From Variovorax sp. (GTDB taxonomy: Bacteria; Pseudomonadota; Gammaproteobacteria; Burkholderiales; Burkholderiaceae_C), in the NCBI GenBank assembly GCA_004210915.1, contig SEGS01000026.1:4703-68702 (forward strand): DNA of 64,000 bases. The letters run 5' to 3'. Position numbers and translations under genes: made by a program. Numbering within the stretch: the first letter of the stretch is position 1; the number at the start of each line of letters is the position of its first letter. The notes under the pieces are model-generated. The model was not told the DNA's origin, did not search any database, and saw only the letters and a list, made by a program, of their open reading frames with translations. Shown here in pieces: positions 10,691 through 19,371 of this stretch.

Positions 10691-10802
10691 GGCAGTGGCT
10701 CCTCTCCGGGCGACACCTGCCATCTTGGGCGCGTCAGTCCTACGGGCGAAGTCCTCGAAGGCCATAGGCCGAAAGCGAAAGCGCGTACTCGCATCCGCCC
10801 AC

Positions 10803-10835
10803 AAAAAAGCCGCCCGGCCCCGAGGGGCGAGCGGC
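10803..10835 (-). terminator. Rho-independent terminator after the Bug gene
   Basis: Minus strand GCCGCTCGCCCCTCGGGGCCGGGCGGC followed by TTTTTT. Confidence 0.75.
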
Positions 10836-10884
10836 CTTCACATGCACAGCCACCGGCGCGGGCGCCGGGGCCTTGTGCGCAGGG

Positions 10885-11859
10885 TCAGTCGGCGTAGACG
10901 CCAGCGGCCTTGATGACAGGGCCGAAGCGCGCGACTTCTGCCTGCACGAACTTCTTGTGTTCTGCGGGCTCGACGCGCTTGTCGTTCACCACCACGGCGC
11001 CCAGGCCCTCCTGCTTCTTGATGAAGTTCGGGTCTTTCAATGCGACCTTGAGGGCGTCGTTGATCTTCTTGAGAACCGGTGCCGGCGTGCCCTTGGGCGC
11101 GTACAGGCCGTGCCAGATCGTGACCTGGAAGTTCTTCAGGCCCGACTCGTCCAGGGTCGGGATGTCCTTGAGCGCGGGGGTGCTCAGGCGCTTGAGCGTG
11201 GTCACAGCGTAAGGCTTGACCTTTTTCGCTTCGATCTGGCCCGTGGTGTTGGTGGTCTGGTCGCACAGGAGGTCGATCTGGCCGCCCAGCAGGTCGGCGA
11301 TGGCCGGTGCGGTGCCCTTGTAGGGCACGGTGGTCATTTCAACCTTGAGTTCGCTCTGGAACAGCAGGCCGCACAGGTGCGAAGCCGAGCCGATGCCGGC
11401 GTTGCCCAGGTTCACCTTGCCGCTGTTCTTGCCGATCCAGTCGCGCAGGTCCTTGAAGTTGTTGGCTTCGAGTTGCGGCTTGCCGATCAGGGTCATGGGC
11501 ACGTCGTTGACCATGCCCAGGTATTCGAAGTCGGTTTCGTAGTTGTACGAGAGCTTGCGGTAGAGCACGGGCGTGGTCGCCATGCCCACGTGCGTCAGCA
11601 ACAGGGTGTAGCCATCGTTCTTGGCACGCGCCACCTTGGCGTTGCCGATGGTGCTGCCGGCACCCGCGGTGTTGTCGACCACGATCGTCGCGCCCAGTTC
11701 CTTTTGCATGGCTTCGGCCAGGTCGCGTGCCACGCGATCGGTCGGGCCGCCGGCCGCGAAGGGCACGACCATGGTGATGGGCTTGCCGCCCGGGAAGTCC
11801 TGAGCGTGGGCGCCGGTGACAACAGCGGCGATGGCCGCAAGGGCGAGCAATTTCTTCAT
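10885..11859 (-). CDS. Bug/TctC substrate-binding protein
   Basis: Signal peptide; [42 protein letters not shown]. Confidence 0.95.
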   Translation of the reverse strand: MKKLLALAAIAAVVTGAHAQDFPGGKPITMVVPFAAGGPTDRVARDLAEAMQKELGATIVVDNTAGAGSTIGNAKVARAKNDGYTLLLTHVGMATTPVLYRKLSYNYETDFEYLGMVNDVPMTLIGKPQLEANNFKDLRDWIGKNSGKVNLGNAGIGSASHLCGLLFQSELKVEMTTVPYKGTAPAIADLLGGQIDLLCDQTTNTTGQIEAKKVKPYAVTTLKRLSTPALKDIPTLDESGLKNFQVTIWHGLYAPKGTPAPVLKKINDALKVALKDPNFIKKQEGLGAVVVNDKRVEPAEHKKFVQAEVARFGPVIKAAGVYAD

Positions 11860-12043
11860 GGTCGGTCTGTTTCCGGGTGATACAAAAGTCCGCGATCATA
11901 TCGACAGCCGTCCCTCTCAAAAATCCCTGTTTGCCCTTAAGGGCTTACCAAGATCGCGGGCGTGACCGCCGCGCCAGTGCGGCGCGCGCCGACACGAACG
12001 ACGCACGCACGTCGCTACGGTGAGCCATTTTGCGGAGGTGCAC

Positions 12044-13021
12044 ATGGCGACCCGTTCTCTCGTCAAGACCCATCAGAAGATTCAGCGGCAGCAGGATGCG
12101 CGCGACGGTGCGGCGCCTGCCACGCCTGCTGCCACGCCGCGCAAGCGTGCGGTGCAGGCCGGCACGCGCCGGCAGCCCACGAACCTGCCCGATCAAAAAT
12201 TGAAGAAGCCGGGACGCGAAGCCGACATGGCCCTGCGCCCCCGCTACCAGGCGCCGGACTATGCGGGCAGCGGCAAGTTGGAGGGCATGGCCGCCATCGT
12301 GACGGGCGGAGATTCCGGCATCGGCCGTGCCGTGGCGGTGCTGTTCGCGCGCGAAGGCGCCGATGTGGCCGTGCTCTACCTCAGCGAGGACGTCGACGCG
12401 CAGGAAACGAAGGCAGCCATCGAAGCCGAAGGGCGGCGCTGCCTCCTCATCAAGGGCGATGTGCGGCGCGCCGCTTTCTGCGACAGGGCCGTGGCGCGCA
12501 CGGTCAAGGCATTCGGGCGGCTGGACGTGCTGGTCAATAACGCGGCTTTCCAGATGCACGCGGACCGCCTCGAAGACCTGACCGACGAGCGCATCGACCT
12601 GACCTTGCAGACCAACGTGGCGGGCTACCTGCGCATGGCGCGGGCCGCGCTGCCGCACATGAAAGAGGGCGCTTCCATCATCAACACGGGGTCCCGCACC
12701 GGCCTGTCCGGCAGCAAGAACCTGATCGACTATTCAGCGACCAAGGGCGCGATCCACGCCCTGACCAAAGCGCTGGCGCTCAACGTGCTGGACCGCGGCA
12801 TCCGCGTGAATGCAGTGGCGCCCGGACCGGTCTGGACGCCGCTGAACCCGGCAGACAAGAAAGCCGAGGACGTGCGCCAGTTCGGGCGTGAAACCGCGTT
12901 CGGCCGCGTGGCCCAGCCCGAAGAGTTGTCGCCGGCCTACGTGTTCCTGGCGTCGCCGGTGTGCGCCAGCTACATCACCGGCATCGTGCTGCCGATCACG
13001 GGCGACGTCGGCGCCATCTGA
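12044..13021 (+). CDS. SDR oxidoreductase (YghA/YhdF general-stress type)
   Basis: TGGDSGIGRA, NNAAFQ, YSATKG catalytic YxxxK, PGPVWTPL; SD GGAGGT upstream of 12044. Confidence 0.9.
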   Translation: MATRSLVKTHQKIQRQQDARDGAAPATPAATPRKRAVQAGTRRQPTNLPDQKLKKPGREADMALRPRYQAPDYAGSGKLEGMAAIVTGGDSGIGRAVAVLFAREGADVAVLYLSEDVDAQETKAAIEAEGRRCLLIKGDVRRAAFCDRAVARTVKAFGRLDVLVNNAAFQMHADRLEDLTDERIDLTLQTNVAGYLRMARAALPHMKEGASIINTGSRTGLSGSKNLIDYSATKGAIHALTKALALNVLDRGIRVNAVAPGPVWTPLNPADKKAEDVRQFGRETAFGRVAQPEELSPAYVFLASPVCASYITGIVLPITGDVGAI

Positions 13022-13041
13022 GCGCGCGCGGCGCCGTGCTG

Positions 13042-14289
13042 CTACTTGTAGCTGCGCGCGTCCTCGATCACCTTGCCGTCGTTGGGCAGGCTGCCCGGTG
13101 CGTTCAGTTCGACGTTGCCGCGCAGCTTGGTGACATCGCGGATGGCTTCCGCCACACGCTCGGCCAGGGCGTCGGGCGCGCCGTTGCATTCGAGCTTCAA
13201 GGTCATGCGGTCGTCGCCCATTTCGCCTTCGACCACCAGTCGGGCGCGCTCCACTTCCGGGAAGCGACGCGCGATTTCGGCCACTTGCGACGGATGCACG
13301 AACATGCCGCGTACCTTGGTCGTCTGGTCGGCGCGGCCCATCCAGCCCTTGATGCGCTGGTTGGTGCGGCCGGTCGGGCAGGGGCCTGCGAGCACGGCCG
13401 ACAGGTCGCCGGTGCCAAAGCGGATCAACGGGTAGTCCGGGTTGAGGGTCGTGACGACGATTTCGCCGACTTCGCCCTCGGGTACGGGATCGCCGGTGCC
13501 GGGGCGCACGATCTCGACCAGCACGCCTTCGTCCAGCACCAGTCCAGCGCGCGCGCTCGTCTCGTACGCGATCAGGCCCAGGTCGGCGGTGGCATAGCAC
13601 TGTGTGCCCGCGACGCCGCGTGCGGCGATCCAGTCGTGCAGGCTCGGCGGGAACGCTTCGCCCGACACCAGCGCCTTGGTGAGCGACGGCAGCGGCGTGC
13701 CTTTCTCTTCGGCCTTCTCCAGCAGGATCTTCAGGAAGCTCGGCGTGCCCGCATAACCTTCGGGCTTGAGTTCGGCGATGGCATCGAGTTGCTGCTCGGT
13801 CTGTCCGGTACCGCCCGCGAACACGGTGCAACCGAGCGCGTGTGCGCCGGTCTCCATGATCGAGCCGGCCGGCGTCATGTGGTAGCTGAAGCTGTTGTGG
13901 ATGAGCTCGCCGCCGCGAAAGCCTGCCGCAAACAGGGCGCGCGCGGTGCGCCAGTAGTCGCGCGCTTCGCCTTCGGGTTCGTAGATGGTGCCGGGGCTCG
14001 CGAACACGCGCCGCATGCGCGCACCGCGGGCGATGGCGCTGAACCCGCCAAAGGGGTCGCTCGCGCGCCGCTCCTTCTGCAGCGCCAACAGTTCCGATTT
14101 GCGCGTCACCGGCAGCCTGGCGAGCGCGCCGCGGCTGGTGATGTCGGCGGGCCTCACGCCCTCCAGGATCTGCGCGAAAGCGGGTGCGGCCGTCTGCGCC
14201 TGCGCGATCTGCTTCGGCAGCGCGGCCAGCAGATCGCGCTCGCGCTCGGCCGGGTCGCGGATTTCAAGTTGATCGTAGTAGTCGCTCAT
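13042..14289 (-). CDS. Phenylacetate-CoA ligase family AMP-binding protein
   Basis: ASPGTIYEP, SFSYH.TPAG, YATADLGLIAYE, YPLIRFGTGD, KVRGMFVHP; start re-picked at MSDYYD. Confidence 0.85.
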   Translation of the reverse strand: MSDYYDQLEIRDPAERERDLLAALPKQIAQAQTAAPAFAQILEGVRPADITSRGALARLPVTRKSELLALQKERRASDPFGGFSAIARGARMRRVFASPGTIYEPEGEARDYWRTARALFAAGFRGGELIHNSFSYHMTPAGSIMETGAHALGCTVFAGGTGQTEQQLDAIAELKPEGYAGTPSFLKILLEKAEEKGTPLPSLTKALVSGEAFPPSLHDWIAARGVAGTQCYATADLGLIAYETSARAGLVLDEGVLVEIVRPGTGDPVPEGEVGEIVVTTLNPDYPLIRFGTGDLSAVLAGPCPTGRTNQRIKGWMGRADQTTKVRGMFVHPSQVAEIARRFPEVERARLVVEGEMGDDRMTLKLECNGAPDALAERVAEAIRDVTKLRGNVELNAPGSLPNDGKVIEDARSYK

Positions 14290-15098
14290 GCCAACCACCG
14301 CTTTCTGCGCTTGTAGCTCTTCACATCCTTGAAGCTCTTGCGATCGGCGCCGCCGACGCCCAGGTAGAACTCCTTGACGTCCTCGTTGTTCGCCAGGTCG
14401 GTGGCCTTGCCATCCATCACGATGCGGCCGCTCTCCAGGATGTAGCCGTAGTCGGCGTAGCGCAGCGCCATGTTGGTGTTCTGCTCGGCCAGAAGGAAGG
14501 TCACGCCTTCTTTCTGGTTGAGGTCCTTCACGATCTCGAACACCTCTTCGACGATCTGCGGCGCCAGGCCCATCGAGGGCTCGTCGAGCAGCACCATGGT
14601 CGGGTTCGCCATCAGCGCGCGCCCGATGGCGCACATCTGCTGCTCGCCGCCCGAGGTGTAGGCCGCCTGCGAAGTGCGCCGCGTTTTCAGCCGCGGGAAG
14701 TAGGTGTAGACCTTCTCGAGCGTGGCGTCGACCGCCGCCTTGCCGTCCTTGCGCGTGTATGCGCCGGTCATCAGGTTCTCTTCGATGGTCAGGTGGGCGA
14801 AGCAGTGGCGGCCTTCCATCACCTGGATCAGCCCGCGCTGCACCAGCGCGGCGGGCGACAGCGCTTCAATGCGTTCGCCGCGCAATTCAATCGTTCCCTT
14901 GGTGACCGCGCCGCGCTCGCCGGCCAGCAGGTTCGACACCGCGCGCAGCGTGGTCGTCTTGCCCGCACCGTTGCCGCCCAGCAGCGCGACGATGCCGCGC
15001 TCCGGCACCACGAGCGAGACGCCCTTGAGCACCAGGATCACGTGGTTGTAGATGACCTCGATGCCGTTGACGTTGAGTAAGTGGTTGGGTTCGCTCAT
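14286..15098 (-). CDS. Liv-type ABC transporter ATP-binding protein (LivF-like)
   Basis: Walker A GGNGAGKT, signature TSGGEQQM, LLDEPSMGLAP. Confidence 0.92.
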   Translation of the reverse strand: MSEPNHLLNVNGIEVIYNHVILVLKGVSLVVPERGIVALLGGNGAGKTTTLRAVSNLLAGERGAVTKGTIELRGERIEALSPAALVQRGLIQVMEGRHCFAHLTIEENLMTGAYTRKDGKAAVDATLEKVYTYFPRLKTRRTSQAAYTSGGEQQMCAIGRALMANPTMVLLDEPSMGLAPQIVEEVFEIVKDLNQKEGVTFLLAEQNTNMALRYADYGYILESGRIVMDGKATDLANNEDVKEFYLGVGGADRKSFKDVKSYKRRKRWLA

Positions 15099-15111
15099 GG
15101 TGGTGTCCGAA

Positions 15112-15194
15112 GCATGTGAAAGGCAGCGTTACCGCCTTTCACATGCCGGCTCCGGGGAGCCGGCGAAGAGGGCAGCGCCGCGCGCACGCCCTCT
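15112..15194. other. Three tandem intergenic stem-loops between the binding-protein and ATPase genes
   Basis: GCATGTGAAAGGC-9nt-GCCTTTCACATGC (13 bp perfect), GCCGGCTCC-GG-GGAGCCGGC, AGAGGGC...GCCCTCT. Confidence 0.7.
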
Positions 15195-15201
15195 GTGGCG
15201 A

Positions 15202-16518
15202 TCAGCAAGCGCGTGGCTTCACGTTCTTGTCCTTGGCGTACTTGGCCGCGTATTCCTTGATCAGCGGATCGATGTAGGTCTTCTCGGACTGGTACCAGCC
15301 CGACTTGATCTCCCACTTGCCACCGTCCCACTGGATGATGCGAGCCCAGTCGTCACCCATGTGGTTGCTGCACGAGGTCTTGACCGGTCGCATGATCTCG
15401 CCGAAGCCCAGCGCCTTGAGCTTCTCGGCCGTGAGATTCAGGTTCTCGAAGCCCCAGCGCACCTGCTCGGGCGTCATCGCCTTGCCCTTGCCGTACTTCT
15501 CTTGTGCAGCGCGAATCGCTTCGACTTGCAGCATCGAAATCATCATGCCGCGGGTGTGTGCGATGGAGCCGATGCCCGAGGCCGGACCGGTGCCCTGGCC
15601 CTTGTCATGCACCAGTTTCTTCAGATCGTCCTGGACCTTGTCCTTGGCCGCGCTGTTGTGCAGCGTGATCGCGTTGTAGCCCTTGGCACCGGCGCCGATG
15701 TCCTTCACGTCGTGGTCCGATCCGGCCCACCAGATCGCGTAGATCTTGTCGCGCGGATAGCCGCTGGCTTGCGCCTCGCGGATGCCCGCAGGCGTCATCA
15801 CGCCGGCAGACCAGAACAGCACGTAGTCGGGCTTTTGCTGGCGGATCTGCAGCCAGGTCGACTTTTGCTCGACGCCGGGTGGCGTAACAGGAAACAGCGA
15901 GAGCTCGAAGCCCTGCGCTTCAGCACGTTTTTGCAGCAGCGGAATCGGTTCCTTGCCGTAGGGCGAGTCGTGATAGACCAGCGCAATCTTCTTGCCCTTC
16001 AGGTTGCCCTTTTCCTTCTTCGCGATGTCCTGCATCATCACGTCGGCGGCGGTCCAATAGGTGCCCAGCAGCGGGAAGTTCCATTCGAACACCGAGCCGT
16101 CAGCCGACTGCGAGAGGCCATAGCCCGGGGTCTCGACGACCATCTTGTCGACGAAGGCCTTGTCGGTCACGGCAAAGGTGATGCCGGTCGATTGCGTGTC
16201 GAAGCCCGAGGCGCCCGAGCCCTTGTTCTTCAGGCGCTCGTAGCACTCCACACCCTTGGCCGCGTCGTACGCGGTTTCGCATTCTTCATACGTGAGCTTG
16301 ACGCCGTTGACGCCGCCATCGCGCGCGTTCACCAGCTTCAGGTAGTCCTGCTTGCCGTCGGCCCACGGAATGCCCAGGGGCGCGAACTGCCCGGTGCGGT
16401 AGACCAGCAGAGGCACGAACTGTTCTGCTGTCTGGGCCTGCGCGAGCGCGGCCCCGGCGACCATCGAAAGCCCCGCAGCGGCAAGTGCCGCGGTGCGTGC
16501 GAGTTTCCTGAATTGCAT
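15202..16518 (-). CDS. ABC transporter substrate-binding protein (Liv/PBP1 type)
   Basis: Signal peptide MQFRKLARTAAL...AQA; YRTGQFAP, NARDGGVNGVKL, ECETAYD, YHDSPYGKE. Confidence 0.9.
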   Translation of the reverse strand: MQFRKLARTAALAAAGLSMVAGAALAQAQTAEQFVPLLVYRTGQFAPLGIPWADGKQDYLKLVNARDGGVNGVKLTYEECETAYDAAKGVECYERLKNKGSGASGFDTQSTGITFAVTDKAFVDKMVVETPGYGLSQSADGSVFEWNFPLLGTYWTAADVMMQDIAKKEKGNLKGKKIALVYHDSPYGKEPIPLLQKRAEAQGFELSLFPVTPPGVEQKSTWLQIRQQKPDYVLFWSAGVMTPAGIREAQASGYPRDKIYAIWWAGSDHDVKDIGAGAKGYNAITLHNSAAKDKVQDDLKKLVHDKGQGTGPASGIGSIAHTRGMMISMLQVEAIRAAQEKYGKGKAMTPEQVRWGFENLNLTAEKLKALGFGEIMRPVKTSCSNHMGDDWARIIQWDGGKWEIKSGWYQSEKTYIDPLIKEYAAKYAKDKNVKPRAC

Positions 16519-16565
16519 GGCATGTCTCCTTTTATTGAGCACGTGAGTGCGTGGTGAAACGAAAG

Positions 16566-17630
16566 TCAGTGAGGGAAGGGCCACAGCCGCAGTTTTTGCC
16601 GCGCGGTGGCCCACAGGCGCGCCAGGCCGTGCGGCTCGACGATCAGAAAAAAGACGATCAGCGCGCCGAAGATCATGTGTTCCAGGTGCGATGCGGTGGC
16701 CGTGGAGATCGAGAGCCCCAACCAGTGCGGCGCGTAGTTCAGCAGCAGGGGCAGCAGAACGATGAAAGCCGCGCCGAAGAAGCTGCCGGCGATCGAGCCC
16801 AGCCCGCCGATGATGATCATGAACAGCAGTTGCAGCGACTTGTCGATGCCGAAGGCCGCGGGCTCCCAGGCTCCCAGGTGCACGAAGCCCCAGAGCGCGC
16901 CGGCCACGCCGACGATGAAGCTGCTCACCGCGAAGGCGGTCAGCTTGGCGTACACCGGTCGGATACCGATCACCGACGCGGCCACGTCCATGTCGCGCAT
17001 GGCCATCCATTCGCGTCCGATCGCGCCACGCACCAGGTTCCGGGCCAGCAGCGCGAACACCACCACCAGGCTCAGGCACAGCAGGTACTTCTGCACCGGC
17101 GTGCTGAATTCGTAGCCCAGCATCTGCAGCGAGTTGACGCTGACCGAGCCGGAGGATGAATCGTTGGTCACCCATTTCACGCGGTTGGTGAACCAGTCCA
17201 TGAAGAACTGCGCGGCCAGCGTGGCCACCGCCAGATAGAGCCCGCGGATGCGCAGGCTGGGAATGCCGAACAGCACGCCCACCACGGTGGCCGCCAGGCC
17301 ACCGCCGATCAGCGCCACCAGCAGCGGCATGCCCTCGATGCGAACCTGCAGGTTGTAGGCGGCATAGGCCCCCACGGCCATGAAGGCTCCGGTGCCCAGC
17401 GAGATCTGGCCGCAGTAGCCCACCAGGATGTTCAGTCCGATCGCGGCCAGCGAGAGGATCAGGAATGGAATCAACACCGCCCGGAAGGTGTAGTCGCTCG
17501 CCAGCAGAGGCAGGGCGATGAAAGCGACGGCCGCGAAAACCAGCATGGCCCAGCGGTCCTGCGCGACCGGGAACAGCGCCAGGTCCGCGCGGTAGCTGCT
17601 CTTGAATTGACCGTTTTCTCTGTAAAACAT
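16566..17630 (-). CDS. Branched-chain amino acid-type ABC permease (LivM-like)
   Basis: GLNILVGYCGQISLG, LRIRGLYLAVATLA, GREWMAMRD, IIGGLGSIAG; start MFYRENGQF. Confidence 0.92.
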   Translation of the reverse strand: MFYRENGQFKSSYRADLALFPVAQDRWAMLVFAAVAFIALPLLASDYTFRAVLIPFLILSLAAIGLNILVGYCGQISLGTGAFMAVGAYAAYNLQVRIEGMPLLVALIGGGLAATVVGVLFGIPSLRIRGLYLAVATLAAQFFMDWFTNRVKWVTNDSSSGSVSVNSLQMLGYEFSTPVQKYLLCLSLVVVFALLARNLVRGAIGREWMAMRDMDVAASVIGIRPVYAKLTAFAVSSFIVGVAGALWGFVHLGAWEPAAFGIDKSLQLLFMIIIGGLGSIAGSFFGAAFIVLLPLLLNYAPHWLGLSISTATASHLEHMIFGALIVFFLIVEPHGLARLWATARQKLRLWPFPH

Positions 17631-17641
17631 CTGTGTGCCTT

Positions 17642-18571
17642 CTAGACGCGGTCGATGATCTTGTCGCCAAACAGCCCTTGCGGCCGGATGAGCAGCACCG
17701 CCAGCGCCAGGACGTACGCGAACCAGTTCTCGATACCGCCGCCGAGGAAGGGCCCGAGGTAGATCTCGGACAGCTTCTCGCCCATGCCGATGATCAGGCC
17801 GCCGATGATCGCGCCGGGCACCGATGTGAGTCCGCCGAGGATCACCACCGGAAAGGCCTTGAGGGCCACCAGCGAGATCGAAAACTGCACGCCGAGCTTG
17901 CTGCCCCAGATCATCCCGGCGACCAGCGCGACGATGCCGCCGATCGACCAGACGATGACCCAGATGCGCGACAACGGGATGCCGATCGACTGCGCGGCCT
18001 GGTGGTCGTCGGCCACCGCGCGCAGCGCACGGCCCGTGCCGGTCTTCTGGAAGAACAGCGTCAGCACCACCACCAGCACGGCGGCGATCACGGCGGCGTA
18101 AAGGTCTTCCTTGCTCAGCAGCAGGCCGCCCTCGAACACGCTCTCGAGCACCAGCAGCGGGTCCTTGGGCATGCCGATGTCGATCTTGTAGGTGGCACTG
18201 CCGAAGATCAGTTGCCCGGCGCCATCGAGCACGTACGAAATGCCCAGGGTGGCCATCAGCAGCGTGATGCCCTCCTGGTTGACCAGCCGGCGCAACGCCA
18301 GGCGCTCGATCAGCCAGGCCACCGCGACCATGCAAAGCGCCGCGGCGAAGAAGGCGAGCGCAGCGGCGAGCACCATGCTCTCGAAGCCGAACCAGAGCGG
18401 AAACCATTCGGCAAAGCGCGCCATCGCGAGTGCTGCAAACAGCACCATGGCGCCCTGCGCAAAGTTGAAGACCCCGGAGGCCTTGAAGATCAGCACGAAA
18501 CCCAGTGCCACCAGCGCGTACAGCATGCCGGCCATCAAGCCGCCGAAGACCGTCTCGAGAAAGAAACCCAT
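17642..18571 (-). CDS. Branched-chain amino acid-type ABC permease (LivH-like)
   Basis: YALVALGFVLIFKASGVFNFAQG, GRALRAVADD, ILGGLTSVPGAIIGG, RPQGLFG. Confidence 0.92.
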   Translation of the reverse strand: MGFFLETVFGGLMAGMLYALVALGFVLIFKASGVFNFAQGAMVLFAALAMARFAEWFPLWFGFESMVLAAALAFFAAALCMVAVAWLIERLALRRLVNQEGITLLMATLGISYVLDGAGQLIFGSATYKIDIGMPKDPLLVLESVFEGGLLLSKEDLYAAVIAAVLVVVLTLFFQKTGTGRALRAVADDHQAAQSIGIPLSRIWVIVWSIGGIVALVAGMIWGSKLGVQFSISLVALKAFPVVILGGLTSVPGAIIGGLIIGMGEKLSEIYLGPFLGGGIENWFAYVLALAVLLIRPQGLFGDKIIDRV

Positions 18572-18585
18572 GGGGCCCGCCGTTC

Positions 18586-19371
18586 CTAGTGTTCCGCGCC
18601 GAGGTAAGCCCGGATCACGTCTTCGTTGTTGCGTACTTCATCGGGCGTGCCATCACCGATCTTCTTGCCGTAGTCGAGCACCACCACGCGGTCGGAGATG
18701 TCCATCACCACGCTCATGTCGTGCTCGATCAGCACGATGGTGGTGCCCAGTTCGTCGTTGACGTCGAGGATGAAGCGGCTCATGTCCTGCTTCTCCTCCA
18801 CGTTCATGCCCGCCATCGGCTCATCGAGCAGCAGTACCTGCGGTTCCATCGCTAGCGCACGGCCGAGGTCGACGCGCTTTTGCAGGCCATAGGGCAGGCG
18901 GCCCACTGGCGTCTTGCGGTGCGCCTGGATCTCGAGGAAGTCGATGATGTGCTCGACGAACTCGCGGTGCCGGATTTCTTCGCGCTCCGCCGGGCCCCAG
19001 CGCAGCGCCTGCGCGAGCAGGCCGCTCTTCATCTTGAGGTTGCGGCCCGTCATGATGTTGTCGAGCACGCTCATGCCCTTGAACAGTGCGAGATTCTGGA
19101 AGGTGCGCGCCACGCCCATCTCGGCCACCTGCCGCGAGTTCATGTGCTTGAAGGTCTGGCCGCGGAAGGTGATGCTGCCTTGCTGCGGCTGGTAGACGCC
19201 GTTGATGCAGTTGAGCATCGAGCTCTTGCCCGCGCCGTTGGGGCCGATGATGGCGCGCACCTCGTGCTCGCGCACGTTGAAGCTGATGTCCGTCAACGCT
19301 TTCACGCCGCCGAAGCTCAAGCTGATGTTCTGCACGTCGAGGATGACCTCCCCGGTTTTCCGAGTGCTCAT
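18586..19371 (-). CDS. Liv-type ABC transporter ATP-binding protein (LivG-like)
   Basis: GPNGAGKS, RTFQNLALF, LPYGLQKRVDLGRAL, LLDEP, IEHDM. Confidence 0.92.
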   Translation of the reverse strand: MSTRKTGEVILDVQNISLSFGGVKALTDISFNVREHEVRAIIGPNGAGKSSMLNCINGVYQPQQGSITFRGQTFKHMNSRQVAEMGVARTFQNLALFKGMSVLDNIMTGRNLKMKSGLLAQALRWGPAEREEIRHREFVEHIIDFLEIQAHRKTPVGRLPYGLQKRVDLGRALAMEPQVLLLDEPMAGMNVEEKQDMSRFILDVNDELGTTIVLIEHDMSVVMDISDRVVVLDYGKKIGDGTPDEVRNNEDVIRAYLGAEH

